A stretch of 60,965 nt of DNA, counting the filler, from Sphacelaria rigidula (lineage: Eukaryota), in assembly GCA_964200075.2 (NCBI GenBank). It is 6 parts of 6 records of this genome, joined end to end, with 100 filler letters (N's around TTAATTAATTAA, not from the genome) between each part and the next. Parts side by side here need not be neighbours in the genome. Positions count along the whole stretch, not along the records: positions 1 to 10,078 come from CAXNAA020007193.1; positions 10,179 to 20,256 come from CAXNAA020007194.1; 4 more parts are not named here. One strand, written 5' to 3'. The number at the start of each line of letters is the position of its first letter. The first letter of the stretch is position 1. Made by a program: the position numbers and the translations under genes. The notes beneath the pieces are model-generated. The model was not told the DNA's origin. It saw only the letters and a list, made by a program, of their open reading frames with translations, and made no database searches. Positions 1 through 13,693 of this stretch are shown one piece after another.

Positions 1-780
1 GGGGAAGGCGGGGTGGTAGCCAAACCAATGACGCGCCCCCCCCCCCCCCCCCCCCCCCCGACTGTTGGCGAAAATAACATCGTTCACCTTGCGCGACCAA
101 AATACCATCTTCCACCATCCGTGTTGCTGCTGCCGTTGTACATGTGGCTGTTCAGGACTCGAGGAATGTGCCCTACAACCTGGGGCCCAGCAACATGTAT
201 GACTCGAACTCCACGTACCTGAGCCCGTACGATTGGCTTTATGGGGCCTATTCCCCGTCTTTCTGGGCGGAGAACTTCGAAGAACTGGCCCTAAGTGAGG
301 TAATTGCAGTCGATGGACCGTCCCGAAGTGATCAGCGATGTCCCTACTTTAACCGACGAAGCTCTATGCATGTACTTGGAAGTAGTTCGATATATTTTCG
401 CAGATCCTACGCAACGCTTGTAGGACTCTCGTGCCGGAAGAGACGTTGGGAGAACCCCTGCCTGCTTGGTGCCCACAGCGACATCGGTTTTCGAACAAAT
501 ACTGAAGGCAATTTGTTCATCGTTCGTAATGCGGTATTGCGTGCGAAGACCGCGTACTTTTCGGGCCGCGTCGGAGCTTTAACACCCCTATGGGGTCCGG
601 GCTAGGGTTAGTGTTGGTGTTGGGGACAGGGGTGCGGCCCCTGCACGGACTGGCCCGAGCGGTCTCGAAAAATGTCGATCTTGGGATGTTCAAATTCCGA
701 TGCGGTCCGAAAAGCACGCGATCCTCCCACGCATGACAATGCGTCCACCACTATTGAACGATGCAGCTTCGTCAGGAATA

Positions 781-922
781 CAGGGCGCGTTTAAACGAGA
801 CCAGAAAAGTGAGAATGTGATGTAAAAGTGATGGTGATTCTGGAGGTTTGGAATTTTGTTTTTATCTTTTCTGGTGTTGCCAATTGGTTGTGAAATGACG
901 CAAAATCACTCTCACGAAATTT
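781..922. repeat. Terminal fragment of a dispersed DNA-transposon-like family (CAGGG start)
   Basis: Aligns by eye with the reverse complement of ~30681-30826 (shared gtgatggtgatt, ccaattggt, caaaatcactctc). Confidence 0.5.
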
Positions 923-3900
923 AAACATTTGGGAATCAGTTGTGAAAGCGGTTGAACGTGGGGTGTTTGGCTCTCCATGAGCGCACAGCTAACTGTCCCA
1001 TCACCCGCAGTAGCCGCGCTTCATGGCTTGAACCCCATTACCAATAGTAGCCACGCGTGGGAGACACAGCCGACGTGCATAAGTCTCACAGAGAGATGCG
1101 CATAGCTATATCTCCCAGTACCTCGCCGAGTGAGCATGCATGAACCTATCGGCGAGTAGTACGGACCAGCGGTTCCCAGCACGGTTTGGATCATGCGTAA
1201 GGTGTGTGGGCGTTGTAGCCTGGTCGAAATGCGGACCGTCTCTTACACGAGGAAGAGCAGCAGTATCGGCACCGGCTGACTCAGCCCCACACCCGACCGT
1301 ACTCATCTCCTGATGATAAAGATGCTGTTGCTGCTATTGCTGTTGCTGCTTCTACTATTGATTTTTCTCTTTCTCGTGCGGGAGGCGATCCGTGTTTCAA
1401 CCTGCGACAATGCCATTAGATCTTGCGCATGATTGCCACCCTGCTCGAAATTGCTGCTTCGTTCGCGTGCTCTCACTTTCACTATATTTTCAGTACGTAC
1501 CACTCTCCCCCCCCCCCTATATTGGTACCGCGCCTGATACCTTGAAACAAAGAAGATGTGAACCATCATTTCATGATCACTCCCACGAATGATAAATGTC
1601 TCTCCCTGTCCTCGTTTCGTTAAAGCACGGCCCAACAAGTACCCACGCTGAGCTGTGCAAAGGTAGTTCAACTCCAGACTACTTCTATGCGACCATGTCA
1701 TCAATGAGCAGAGAGGGGGGCAGTTTTTTGTTCCGGTCGTGTCACGCGTTTCCCCTAAACAGTCGAAGACACGCGTAGCTATCGCGTTTCTCCGTGTTTC
1801 GCGATGCCCTCTATCTTCCTTGAGCCGTGCCACTGCGTCGTGTGACATGCTGTTTGAGAGGAATTTCGCTGAACCCACCGTGGACGTACGGCATTCTAAA
1901 CATGGCAGGACTCTGCCGTGAGATGGGCTGCCCGTGACCGCATCGTGGAGGGGTCTCGTACTTTCACCCTCGACGGTACGCCGTCAAACCTGTTTACACT
2001 TGAAGAGATGGCAACAATCGGCTATAACAGGTGTGGACTCAGTGCCAAAAACCACGAACAAAAGGTCGCTGACCTAGGGGGCTCGATAGACCTGAAATTC
2101 TGAATTCCCCCTCCCCGACCCCGGGGGGAAAAAAAAGTCGAATCCTTGGGAGTGGGTCTCGAAGCTCAGAAAATAGTACAATGCTTCGGTCTTTGAATTG
2201 TCCGTGTCCCGTTGGGTCCTGCACCTTTGTGCGTGGTACCGCGTGCCCGACAGATTGCGATTCCTTCATCTACATACGCTTTGAGGAGATGGGGGGGGCT
2301 TTGTCTGTGCTTTTCGATATGAGGAGGGTGGCCGACCGAGTGTGCGCTACAGGGTACTGAGAAATGACTCCGCGCGCTTCGGAGCGCACCATATTTACTG
2401 GATGTCCCCACTGGATGTCTTTTGTCATGAAATACACCAAAAGGCAACGTTTGAGGTTTTGCGGTCTTCGTGGTTTGTTGGGTCTGGCAACCCCCCTGGC
2501 TCACATCCAGTTCGTGACAAATGGTAATGTCCGAACTCGCGCCGTATTATCACGGGTGCGTAATAGCGAGGGGTAGATTATCCCGGGACCATGGTTGGAA
2601 AGTTTTCCACAATGGTTTCGCTGCTGTACATTGCAATACTGTTCTGCGGTTCCTCGCAGATAGCCGATTCGAATATTGTATCGCACCTTACCGTATCACG
2701 TAGTTGCAAGGTAAAACTCCCCACGATTGTAAGGTGTCGTATGCTGTTTGACACCGAATATTCTTTCCATAGAGTTTGGCTAAAAATTGACTCCGACGCC
2801 GCGCATCGTGTGAGGTGGCGTTCGGAACCCTTAACGACCTTTCATCTGCGTTTTCTCTGTTGTTGGGTGTTTACTCCTGCGGCGTATATACATGCGTCAG
2901 GAAAAGATGAAAGGGCATAACCTGCTCTCATGAATAAGAACAATTATCGGGCGCTTACACAACATGGCTCACTCCAGATGCGGGTAGATGAAAAATGCAG
3001 AAATTTGGAGTCTTGCCCTGTCCCCTGCAAACACACGCCAAAGACGCTGGCACCCCTGTGTGCACAAAGAGAAAAACCAGTGTTGGTTTCTGAGGTATTA
3101 ATATCCGGGTATAAATTTGACTTTAGTTGTGGACATGAATCGGCATCCACCCGTCAAAAAGTGCCGGACTGAAAAGAAGCACATGGATACACCAACGTGC
3201 ATTTTTCAATGTTTTTTTGGCGATCACCTATTCCGAACAGGAAGAGTTGAAGCACTAGCCCCGTGCGTGCACGGTTTGAGCGCACATTTGACCACCTATG
3301 GAGGAATTGCGAGGTTCTTGATACACACGTTGCTGTTTTCCCCATGTTCGTTCGTGCACTGTCCTATCATGTAAAACTACAAGATTCAGAAAACGTGAAC
3401 GCTGCGGCAAAGACAAATGCTTTGTAATCTCGGTCATATTCTCTGCGAGTACGTATCTGTACCTTTCCGGTAATGGCTACTGAGGTTGCCATTGGTGCAT
3501 GAATCTCCAATTAATCACGCACACTTTTTCATGATGAAGTGCGTACAAACCCCCGGGTGATGCGCACGTATGAGACGTAGCCTCGTATTGAAATTTGTCG
3601 CCGTGGCCGTATCCAATACCGACCAGGTTAATCGTGCACGCATATAGGTGCGCCACTGGATACCTGCACCGTGTTTTCGTTTGACCCGATATCATCAGTG
3701 CTGCAAAAGCTGAATGTTGGTCCTATAAAGGTCTATTCTGTTCATGATCGAGCATACTCATATGTCCCATAGGATGCAGCAACATAATTTCGTCGTTATT
3801 ATGATGATTGGTTCACGCATTCTCCCTCTTGACCTGTCACAGAAGCAAACGTGCTCATACGAATACACCCCCACATTCCCAATCGAATCCACTTGCTTCA

Positions 3901-6821
3901 TCTCGGGATAAGACGGGATAATGCGTACCGTATCACCGGCTCATCTAGCGGTCACCCATACTGGGCTTGTGACCCGAACCCATGAAACGTGAATACACGG
4001 CAGACCGGAGGGAGGCATGACCACTGAGGACTACGACTTCTACATCGATAACGACTGCAGCACAGGGGAGCATGTCATAACCCGTGTCAGCTACCACGAT
4101 ATGGTCGTAGAGTACGCCAACTACTTTGCTAATGGTGAGCTTCTGATGTGTATGTGCGCATGACTCAAGCACTTGACGTTAGTGTCTGCAACACAGTACG
4201 GGCCACCGTTACTCTACGGCCCGCTGCCGCCGCAATACAGACCATGCTGTATCTACTTCGCCACGGTAGTGTCATCTACCAAAGTGACATTGTGTGTGTG
4301 TTCCTGCATTGTATTCAGCTGTTGCACTCCGGGGACACGATGACGTAGGTACCTGCAAGAAGTTCTCCCTATTCGCAGTGGTAACTCATTGAATGGCGAA
4401 CGAGTCTATGTGTCGATGAATGCACCCGAATAAGAGCAAACCCTAGCTCAAGCAAAAGGAGAGGCGGGAATTATGCATTCTCGTCAGATATCACAGGGCA
4501 GGATTCCGCTGGCCTGACGCCTCTGGATTACCCTTCCAAGATATACCTCAGCCATGTTTTCGTCCACGTCAATACCGGCGGCCACGCTGCTCCCTGTCTC
4601 ACGGTGGCAAGACATAACGCCCACCACCCACCTTGCTCCACCTACCCCCGTGTTCCCGTGTTAATGCCACAATCTTTTGCTAAAATTGATCGCGCGGTGT
4701 GCTCTTGGAAGGCCTAGCGCTGGGGCTCGGAGGATCCCACCAGGTAAGCAATGATCCGCTGGCACATTGCTGTCCAGGCATCTCGTCTTTGCCATGTGTG
4801 CCCACACACGCCGTCTCGTTTCATTCCTGGAGGTGGTTTTATCGACGCTGAGCGCAATGCATCGATGCTTGCCTTCACTCACTGTTGGCGTACGAACCTT
4901 TAGCCGCCACTGCCGGATGTGTGCCATCCCATGGCAGGATTGCAATAGGCCAGCGAAACCGCAAACTGAAGCCCATGACGCGATGTTCAACGTTTTGCAC
5001 CAGAATGCACGTATTCCATGAATACCCTGCGCTTCGTGTCATCCGTGCTCATGTTTGACCATCGATGCGTGCTGCCTGTTTGGGTAGATTGGGGCGTGTG
5101 AAATCGCTTGAGTACAGTAGAGCCCTGTCGCTAGTTGTGCAGCGCCGTGTACAGTAGTGTTACGGATAGCCGTACGGTTCGACCAGTCGACTGTTTTAAA
5201 AGCGGAACCCCAACAACAGATGCCCCGGTGTAGCGGACGATCCCATGAGCATGTCATTCCAACTTTCATGCTGCTTCACTTCGCGCATGAGCCATTGTTG
5301 TCTGCACGTTCATTTCAGGTTCCTGTAAACGATGACGGAAAGCAAATCGGATTCGATGTCGTCGCGGGCCTTCTTCTGGAGAAGCTCGAGTCTATGGTAA
5401 GCGGACACACATTGCCCTGCTCGGGAAATATCATGGCATATCATGTACATATCACGTACGTCGTAACAATCTCTCGTGGATGTCTGTGGATGTCTACGTG
5501 ACACCACTGCTTGAAGATGCGGCAAAATTGTCCCAAGGGACGTTCTCGACGTGCTGGAAACTTCAGGAATCGGCAGCATGCTGGTAAAGTATTCGAGTAT
5601 GATTCCGTACACCTGATGCCTTCAACTGGCCAAGCTTTTGGTTTTGTTGTGTGTGTAGATGTCCAACGTCAACGATTGTGCATGAAATCGACGACTTTTG
5701 CTATGAAGGGATCATGCTGTGTAGAGCGTGCGCACCACGTTCCTTGCTGTTGGGTGTTGTCCTGCCATTCATTTGCATGCCTTTCGCTGACGACTCTCCT
5801 TTCTGCGACATTGTTTGCATATTTTTGATCCGGCCCGATTTCGGAAACATGTGCTGATACTGAAACCTGCAGGGAGCGAAGATCTATTTTCAGCACCAGG
5901 TTTACGCTACGCAGCCTCGTGTCAAGCACGGCAGCGGGGCCATTGTGAAAGTTACTGATCTGAACAGCGGCGACAAGCACAGGGTTACGACCGAACATGC
6001 TGTTCTCAACATCCCTTCCGAGGTGAATGAGTCGTCGTCCATAACATAGCGTAAGTAGGGCATTGTTCCACACTGTTCGTCGATTTCATTGTCCACACTG
6101 TATTCGGGAACACTTGACGCCATTTTGTCGCGAATCAGATTCTTCTCAGCGTCACATCTCTTATTGATGGTCAATCAAAAGTGACCCACCCACAACAGTG
6201 TTTCGTGAAATTGAGAGAAGAGGATACGATTGAGAGTGAAGAACGATCAAATAGTGAATGAATCGTTTCAGTTCCGAAATGCCCCTCCACGAGGCCCAAC
6301 ATGCTTTCTGTAGTGCCTTGCCACTGAGGCTCTTAATATCCCTGACTAGGATATCAACGTGTAGCTGTGAGCTCACGGAAGTGATGGAGACAAAAAAAGG
6401 TACACACGGAATGAAAAAATGGCTAAGTTGAAGCGAGTGATGAAAACCACTCTCAATCAGCGCGCCACTCTCACTCTCACGAAATTATTGTTCTACCTCG
6501 TGGGAGGGATTTGCGATGGATGCAAATATAGGGGGGATCGTTTCTAGTTGAGTTTTCCCGGGCTTATTGTGTTCCGTCTTGAACAATTCCTGTCAATGTT
6601 CGGTGCACTGACTATTCGTTCACCGAGGGAACGAGGAAGTGCCTAGTTATGTTTATCACTGCCTGTTTTTTTCGCAGTTTCAGTCGGACGTTCGACTACC
6701 GTGATGATGCCAATCATTACCCGTCGATATTGCTCACTTGAATCACAGTCCGCTGTGTGAGATATGGAGACATAAGTTGACAAGCGCAGATGCAAGTAAT
6801 TGGAATATAGCCGGTGAATAC

Positions 6822-7522
6822 CAGGGATTATCACCGGACTTTACGACGGGACAAGACGGTATCGCCCCCCTCCCGTACCTTCGTCCAGGAATACGTAACT
6901 CCTCTGAAACAAGTACTGGAAGGCCAAAATTTCGTCACGACACAGTTACCGGTGTTCAGGTACAGCGTCCGACCACAGCACTTGAATCGATTCACACTTG
7001 CGACGGAAAACAGGTCTCGTCCCGTCCGGTCGATTTACTGGGACAGGAATTCCCATCTTGTCCCGTCCCCAAGCCCCCTCGCTAACCCTGGCTACGAATA
7101 TTGTGGCCTCTCACCGTTAATGTAAATCATTCACGGATATGCTGTGGAAGAGACCAGAGTATCAAAATTTAAACCCAGGCTCCCACACACCACGCAAATA
7201 CAGACATACCCACGTTTCCCCCAGATTTGAGGGGAGTTTGTGAACTGTGTCGGGAAGTGTTTCGTGAGGACGGCACGGGACGGGAGCTTTTGCCGGGGTC
7301 GGGACGGGATGATGACGTTTCCCCCGCGAAAAAGAGCGGGACGGGACAGGAGTTGTCCTCCATCGCCAAACAAAAACAGGATGGAAAAAGACTGTTCTCC
7401 CGTCGCCAGAAGTACGATTAGACGGGAAAAGAACGCGTTTACATCGCCGAAAACGACCAGACGGGACGGGAACTCTCGTCTGTTGCGATTTTTCGTGAGG
7501 TTATTTTTAGCGGCAAGCCCTG
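6822..7522. mobile_element. Cluster of MITE-like elements rich in GACGGGAC subterminal motifs
   Basis: Many gacggga/tcccgtc motifs in both orientations, with CAGGG...CCCTG-type ends at 6822, ~7089 and ~7522. No TSD confirmed. Confidence 0.4.
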
Positions 7523-8287
7523 GTATACAGGAGACTGCAGTACCGCATACGTTTTTCGGGGTGAAGATTTATCCATCTTGTGGGTTGTTGGCTGAGTGTG
7601 CTAGCTGGCTCAAAGGATTGTCTGTCTCTCGTACTCATCCCTTGATTCACGTGTGACGGAAATGTGTCGGTGGTGTGAGGCCGGTTCATTGCTTTACTGA
7701 TTGTCGCACATTTGCTCTCCCTGGGGGAACCAGTCGTGGTCACAGGATGGACCTGTGTATCCTAGGTGTTTTAAATGGAAACGTTCGCTGAAGGCAAGCA
7801 GAGAAAGATAACGTAAGAAGAAGGGAAGACAGAACAAACGGGGTGAGCTGAACAAAAGCGAGGGATACTGAAGTGATGAGGGGGAATTCATACTACACAA
7901 TTTTGGTGTTGAAAGTCTCGAGTGATTCTGTATAGGTGATCGAAGTCTAATACCTGGGGTTCTTATGTGCCTTTTTGCTGCAGCACATGAAAATAAATCA
8001 GTATCAGAGTGACCCAGAAGCCAGTCACTAGTCGTGTTAAAGTCAGAGCTAAGCAGAATTGAGCTTCGACTTTCCAACATGTTTCACGCATGAGTTTCTT
8101 GAAGGCACCATGCATCTATCCGGCTATACAGGATGTGACCCACCCAGCTATGCAGCACTGCCAATGACACTATTGATCGTTGCCTGTATTCTTTCCATCC
8201 CCTTTTGGTACCAATGTGTCACCTAGAGCCTATGGATGAGCAGCACACCCCTCTCGAGAGGATGTCTGTATTTTTTAACGGTGCGAC

Positions 8288-8543
8288 GACTGCTGCCGAG
8301 ATAGCCCCCCCCCCCCCCACGAACCGGCCGAAAATGTGCGCGGAGGCGATGATCATAAATGCCGGTAGAGCTGGTTTCATGTTCCACGACGCTACTTATC
8401 TGGGCGTTATAGCTGATTTCGGACTTCTACAAGCCTTTCATGTGGGCGGAATTGCTGCAAACGAGCCCAATAGTGGGATCACAGCCGGTTTGTCGGACGG
8501 TCTCCCGTGCACGTTTTGTGGGGGGGCTATCTCGGCATTAGTC
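8288..8543. mobile_element. MITE with GATAGC-poly(C) TIRs
   Basis: TIR tgccgagatagcccccc / ggggggctatctcggca. Interior resembles the elements at 26469-26734 and 36677-36935. Confidence 0.7.
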
Positions 8544-9092
8544 AGTAACAGGCGGGACATTATGCGGGGCAATGGGAAACGGTTGGAGTTGTTGTGCAGC
8601 CTTCGAGCATCCTGTGATGTAAATGTGGCTCTGGAAAGATATTATTGACTAGTAGTCGCAGGTCAGTCAAGAACTCGCCAGATGAATAGATTTGGTGGTT
8701 GGATGCGTTCTCTAGATTTGGCGGAGCAGGCGATAGTGGGAGTTCTCGAGAAAGATTCCTAATATGGGAACACCGATTGACTGTTCGAGGAGGTAGCAAA
8801 GTAGCCTAGCGATCTTTGTTGTGACCTCCCAACATGGTCTCACTCTTCATCACTTCTCTTCACTTCTCTTCTTGAGGTTCTGCCCGTGTGGGACGCTTTG
8901 TATGTTTGTTTGGGATCTGCTACATGGGTAAGTAATAGTAAATGTACGTTCGTGTTCAGACACCTGCGGTGTTCACTCCTGAGACGAGGTCAGCATAAAG
9001 CTGCCTGCGCCAACCTCTGCAGTCACCTGCGCGTCGAGCATTGATAAGCCTCGAAGCGTACAGCGTTGCGCGGTTCATTTTCTCTCTGTACG

Positions 9093-9572
9093 ATGAGGTA
9101 CACCGCCACCACTTTCGACCGCATAGCGGCCGTATCCAAACGGGTACCAACATTTTCGAACGACAAGAACACCTTCATTGCATGGGAAGATCAGCTGCGA
9201 GTAGCTATCTCTATCGTTGACAAGCCGATGGTCGCCGTTCTCAACGGTCAACGAAGGCCTACTGACGAACCAGCAGGACGCGCATGGGACCGAAAGAACA
9301 GCGACCTGTTTTCGCTGTTGTTCCTTTCAACGACCGGGCCTGCAGCTGCGACCATCCGGCGGGTCTTGTACACAGAGGATGAAGATCTCGATGACCCGCG
9401 GGTCGGCGATGGGCAAGGTGCGTGAAAGGCCTCGGTTGAGAAGTTCGACGGCAACACCAAAGCGGCTAGGCGGGCAGTTCACGCTCAGCTGGTTAGCCGC
9501 ACGATGAAACGGGGCGAGGTCCCCGAAAATTTCTTCCAAGACATGGACGAAATTCGTCTGCGTCTGGAGACT
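9093..9572 (+). pseudogene. Ty1/Copia gag fragment, interrupted by an in-frame stop
   Basis: PTFSNDKNTFIAWEDQL...WDRKNSDLFSLLFLSTTGPAA...DGQGA*KASVEKFDG...MKRGEVPENFF; clearly homologous to the gag at 44411-45130. Confidence 0.75.
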
Positions 9573-10078
9573 TATATGCGAAGGAGACTCCCTTCAAGTT
9601 CTTGGTATTTTGTTATCCGTTGCGCGTCTTATTAAAGCGATGAAAAGAAGTGGGCCTATACCTCCATAGGGCGAGATGATTCATGATTCATCGATAGATT
9701 AGGTCATGTTGGCATGTACCGTAGCGACAATGCATATCCTACTCGGGGGTGGTCTCTGACTTGATCAGAGATTGCCGAGTTTGGGTTTCCTTTGTGTGGA
9801 TGAAGATCTCGATGACCCGCGGGTCGGCGATGGGCAAGGTGCGTGAAAGGCCTCGGTTAAGAAGTTCGACGGCAACACCAAAGCGGCTAGGCGGGCAGCT
9901 CACGCTCAGCTGGTTAGCCGCACGATGAAACGGGGCGAGGTCCCCGAAAACTTCTTCCAAGACATGGACGAAATTCGTCTGCGTCTGGAGACTTATATGC
10001 GAAGGAGACTCCCTTCAAGTTCTTGGTATTTTGTTATCCGTTGCGCGTCTTATTAAAGCAATGAAAAGAAGTGGGCCT
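9377..10078 (+). repeat. Direct duplication of 281 bp (9377-9657 and 9798-10078)
   Basis: Offset 421 bp, 4 substitutions seen. The second copy runs into the contig end. Confidence 0.95.
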
Positions 10079-10178
10079 NNNNNNNNNNNNNNNNNNNNNN
10101 NNNNNNNNNNNNNNNNNNNNNNTTAATTAATTAANNNNNNNNNNNNNNNNNNNNNNNNNNNNNNNNNNNNNNNNNNNN
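10079..10178. other. Artificial contig spacer
   Basis: N44-TTAATTAATTAA-N44; the linker has stops in all six frames. Confidence 0.98.
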
Positions 10179-13100
10179 GCTAAGATCGTTCGGCCCGAGG
10201 CCTACTGATTATCTTGCATTTGGATGGCAGCCTACAATGAGTTGCTTTATCGGTACCCCACCTCCAACGCTGCCACGGTTGTATAAGAGTTTCACCGCGT
10301 TTGGGGGCGGGCGAGAGGTAGTCTAGTACCCCCCTCCCCCCACGATGGGTCCCAAATAAGAAGTGGGTACGTTGGTGTGCGACGTTCGTTCTTCGTGCAC
10401 CCCTGGTCCATCTGTAACATGAACAGCAAATAACAACCAGTGCTGCACATGAAACGCGTGCTCGCGGTAGAAAATCGGTAGCCACCCAACCGCGAAATAT
10501 CACCTGGATCGGCACTAGCGTCGCTTGAAAGGGGTAGTACCTAGCAGCTCTTGATACCGTGGGAGCTATCCCTTCCACTGTGTATCGAGTGCTCTGGTTT
10601 AGAGCAAAGTATAGCGATTGAATGGGAAGGCGGTTGGATGCCGTCAATTGATGTGGATGTACTTCGGCTCCATGCGGACAGATCGCTCCCGAATTCGGCA
10701 GTTCGGCAGGAATTGACGCTCCAACTGGAAACATATATTCCTGAAGATATTTCCAAGTTTCTCCGCTCTTTACCGGCTTCCGGGGGTCCAGGCGTGGAGA
10801 CCCCCGGTAGCCGGCACAGACTGCCTCAAACGTTTTACAACCCGATGAACCGCTGCAACCGGGTCGTTCGCACGTGAAGCGTACCCGAAAAAGGAGTTTC
10901 TAATAAAAAAGCAAGGAGTCAAGAGGTTGTACGGGGCACGGTAAACTTTTGAGTGCTCACCCGCAAAACCGCACGCCCGAGTTTTAAGTTTTACTCTGAA
11001 AATTTACTAAAATGTGGTATGTGCCATCACGAAACTTTATACATCGACGGGGGTTGTACTTATCTCTTTACTTTGCCGGCAATCGACGGTCCCCGTAGGG
11101 CATGTGATCTCCCAAATCCTCTAAGGTATTTGGAGGGGCGGGCCTCGATGAGGTACAGTAACCTCTTGGGCATACATGACTCGGATTGAAAGCAACATTC
11201 GGATATGAATCTTGGATTGGGCTGTTGGGGGACGCGGGTGTCTTGGAAAGATCTAGATTGATGTTCCGAGATGTGAACAGCGGTTGATTAGGGATTCATT
11301 TTGCATGGTTGAATTGGCCTGTCGGCATTTCTTTGGTACGTTATGTGCACGTGCATGGGCCAGCAACATCTCGGTTCACGTTCCTGCCGTTAGCTTTTCG
11401 TTCTTGTGTCATGACCATGTGTGAATGTAATTCTTGGCGTAGATTTCGGGGTCACTCGTCTTCGTTACCTGGATACAATCAGCTTTGGTCTGCCCTTGCA
11501 CTGAGTTCCAAATGAGTCCTGCCGGTGAGCCGTAGTCGTGAGGACTATTGGCTTCTGGTTAGTAATTATACAATACAAGTAAATATCTCATTTCTGCGAA
11601 AGCCTTGAATTAAATTGCTCCACCCCAAACCCTGAGACAATCGATAACCGACGAAAGTGGGGAGAATAACCCCCCGTCCATGAAAGTGTTGTCGAGTTTA
11701 ACTCCGGAACCCGGCGTGAGTCTTTGCGGGTTAGTATATGTGGGGGTGATTAGCGTGAATCACCCTGCATAATGTACTGGGTAGGACCTGAAAATATCGA
11801 GTATGTGCGATTTCCAGATGGTTCGTGGTTGAGTTTGAAATGATCAAGGGCAGAAGATAGATTTCGCGAACACGCTGATGTGCCGCTCAGGCATGTACGC
11901 TTGTTTGCGCACTGGTTGCTGAAGCGGATTATCCTCAAGCTGCGAGCCTCGCCTCGCAATTGCTCCGCCGCCTGACAGCCCAGGGAATCCAGGTGTTTTC
12001 AGTGAGCGGGGGGCGGGGTTGGGTGGTGGTGGTGGGGGGGGTGGTTCCTGCCCCCAGATTAACCGAAAAGGTTACAAGTCAATCACGCGTGTGTTGAAGT
12101 TTCTAGGGGGATTCTATGAGTTGGGCATCAAATCCGAATGGAGCGGCGTGACCATTCGGCGAATTGCTCGTTTTTGATATTGTGCCTCCCCGTAGAATAC
12201 CAACATTACATCCATCTCGCGGCCTAGCCGTATTTTGTCATCATTTGAGTATGCACCTCACGGTCATTGAAAACACCACACACGGCGATACTTACTTCTG
12301 GCTCTGTGCGTACTCTCGCCCCTCTACCCCGGTCCCGCTTGTGCGGTCAAGATGGCCTCACTGTCGCATCATCATACCGCATTACAAAAAAATGTTGTTA
12401 CGGTGCAGCATTATCATCAGCAGCAGCAGTGCCGGCAGTCAAGAACTACAGTCGAGGCGACGTGACATGTCTGCACGATCGAGACACATTCGACGTGTGC
12501 GAGCACGTCCCCGAAAATAACCGTCACTACAACTTGATGAGCCCGAGTGCCGTGAAAACATTCTCTATTTTTCCAGCGCGTCTCGTTTTTTCAATGCACG
12601 ACATCTGTGTGTTTGATGCGAAAAGGCATCAACTTTTGCGATAAAATAACAACTATGGACCCGGGTGTGCCATAGGTGTTCAGAGGTGACCCGTGGGGGT
12701 CGCAGCCTGAGGGTGAAACTCTGACAACCCGTTTTTTGCTACGCTGACTTTCAGCTTCCAGGCTTCCGCGAGAATCGCCCCTAAGCAGCTGAGCCAAATT
12801 TACTTGTGTTCGGGCGTATCAGGATATCATCAAACCATATACATACTATGAAATCATATACATGTATATGTATTATATTATATATGCACACACATAAAGA
12901 GAAGGGTCGGGTTTTCGGTCCTCTCGGATTGCGTCTATTCTTTTTACCTTCTCAACTGTTGCTCACCTTAGACACGTCATCTCATGGATAATGACCACGA
13001 CTGCGTCCTTACGGGAGCAGTTAGTGAACGACAATCATTCAATGAACCGACCGAATCAACTTCGATTCCCCTTGTTTATTTCGACTATTGGTCCTCTCGC

Positions 13101-13181
13101 TTCATCTGACGGATTCCCTGGCCCATCCCTACCGCTCCTCGTTTCTCCGCCTTCCGGCACCTTCGACCCGGGGCACGACAG

Positions 13182-13202
13182 CTGCGACGCCTGCTCCGAC
13201 CA
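13182..13202 (+). CDS. 21-nt linker micro-exon (xATPAPT) of the modular Cys-rich protein gene
   Basis: gacag|CT GCG ACG CCT GCT CCG ACC A|gtgagt. Preceded by a long AG-free pyrimidine-rich stretch and a ctgac branch-like motif (~13106). Phase 1-1. Confidence 0.6.
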
Positions 13203-13354
13203 GTGAGTATGTAGTTCTTGGCGCGCTGTTGCACTATTGTGGCTCCAGCGCGAGTCCATGAGCAAGGTAGAGGTCTGCGCGTTGAATCTCGTTCTCTCAA
13301 TCGCCGTGTTGAAACGTAGCTGTGTGCGCGTCACTCCATGAGGGTGTCGAGAAT

Positions 13355-13693
13355 ATGTGTGTGTGTTGTCCCATTTATTCTGGACGCCGGTCTACACCTT
13401 TCGATATATGTGGGCTCACCCGCCGGGGTCACACAAGAGGAAGGTCAACACAGAGTTTTTTTTTTTTCTGATACCCCACCTTCCTTCTGCGGTGATTGCC
13501 TTTATTTTTTCATCGCGAGAGGGGTTCAGCATTTCCTTTCCCTCGTCGACGGTTGAGTCGCATTTTGTGTACCGACGACATGGTCGCTCTCCACTGTTGG
13601 GTATGGTGTAAAAGAAACCCCAGATCGCTCCGAGAATTGAACCCGACCCAACCGTCAGAGGGTCTCGAGGTTACCAACTGAGCCACCGGGGCG
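13355..13693 (-). mobile_element. tRNA-derived SINE, near full length
   Basis: Minus strand starts gccccggTGGCTCAGTTGG (A box)...GGTTCAATTC (B box), then a conserved body and a (CA)n tail. Several copies in the window. Confidence 0.85.

Noticed and set aside
10123-10134. Periodic TTAATTAATTAA motif as a biological signal
   Set aside because: It is an assembly linker embedded in Ns.
13620-13693. tRNA gene (also 37307-37374)
   Set aside because: A and B boxes are present, but no full cloverleaf is evident and both are fused to a repeated SINE body.
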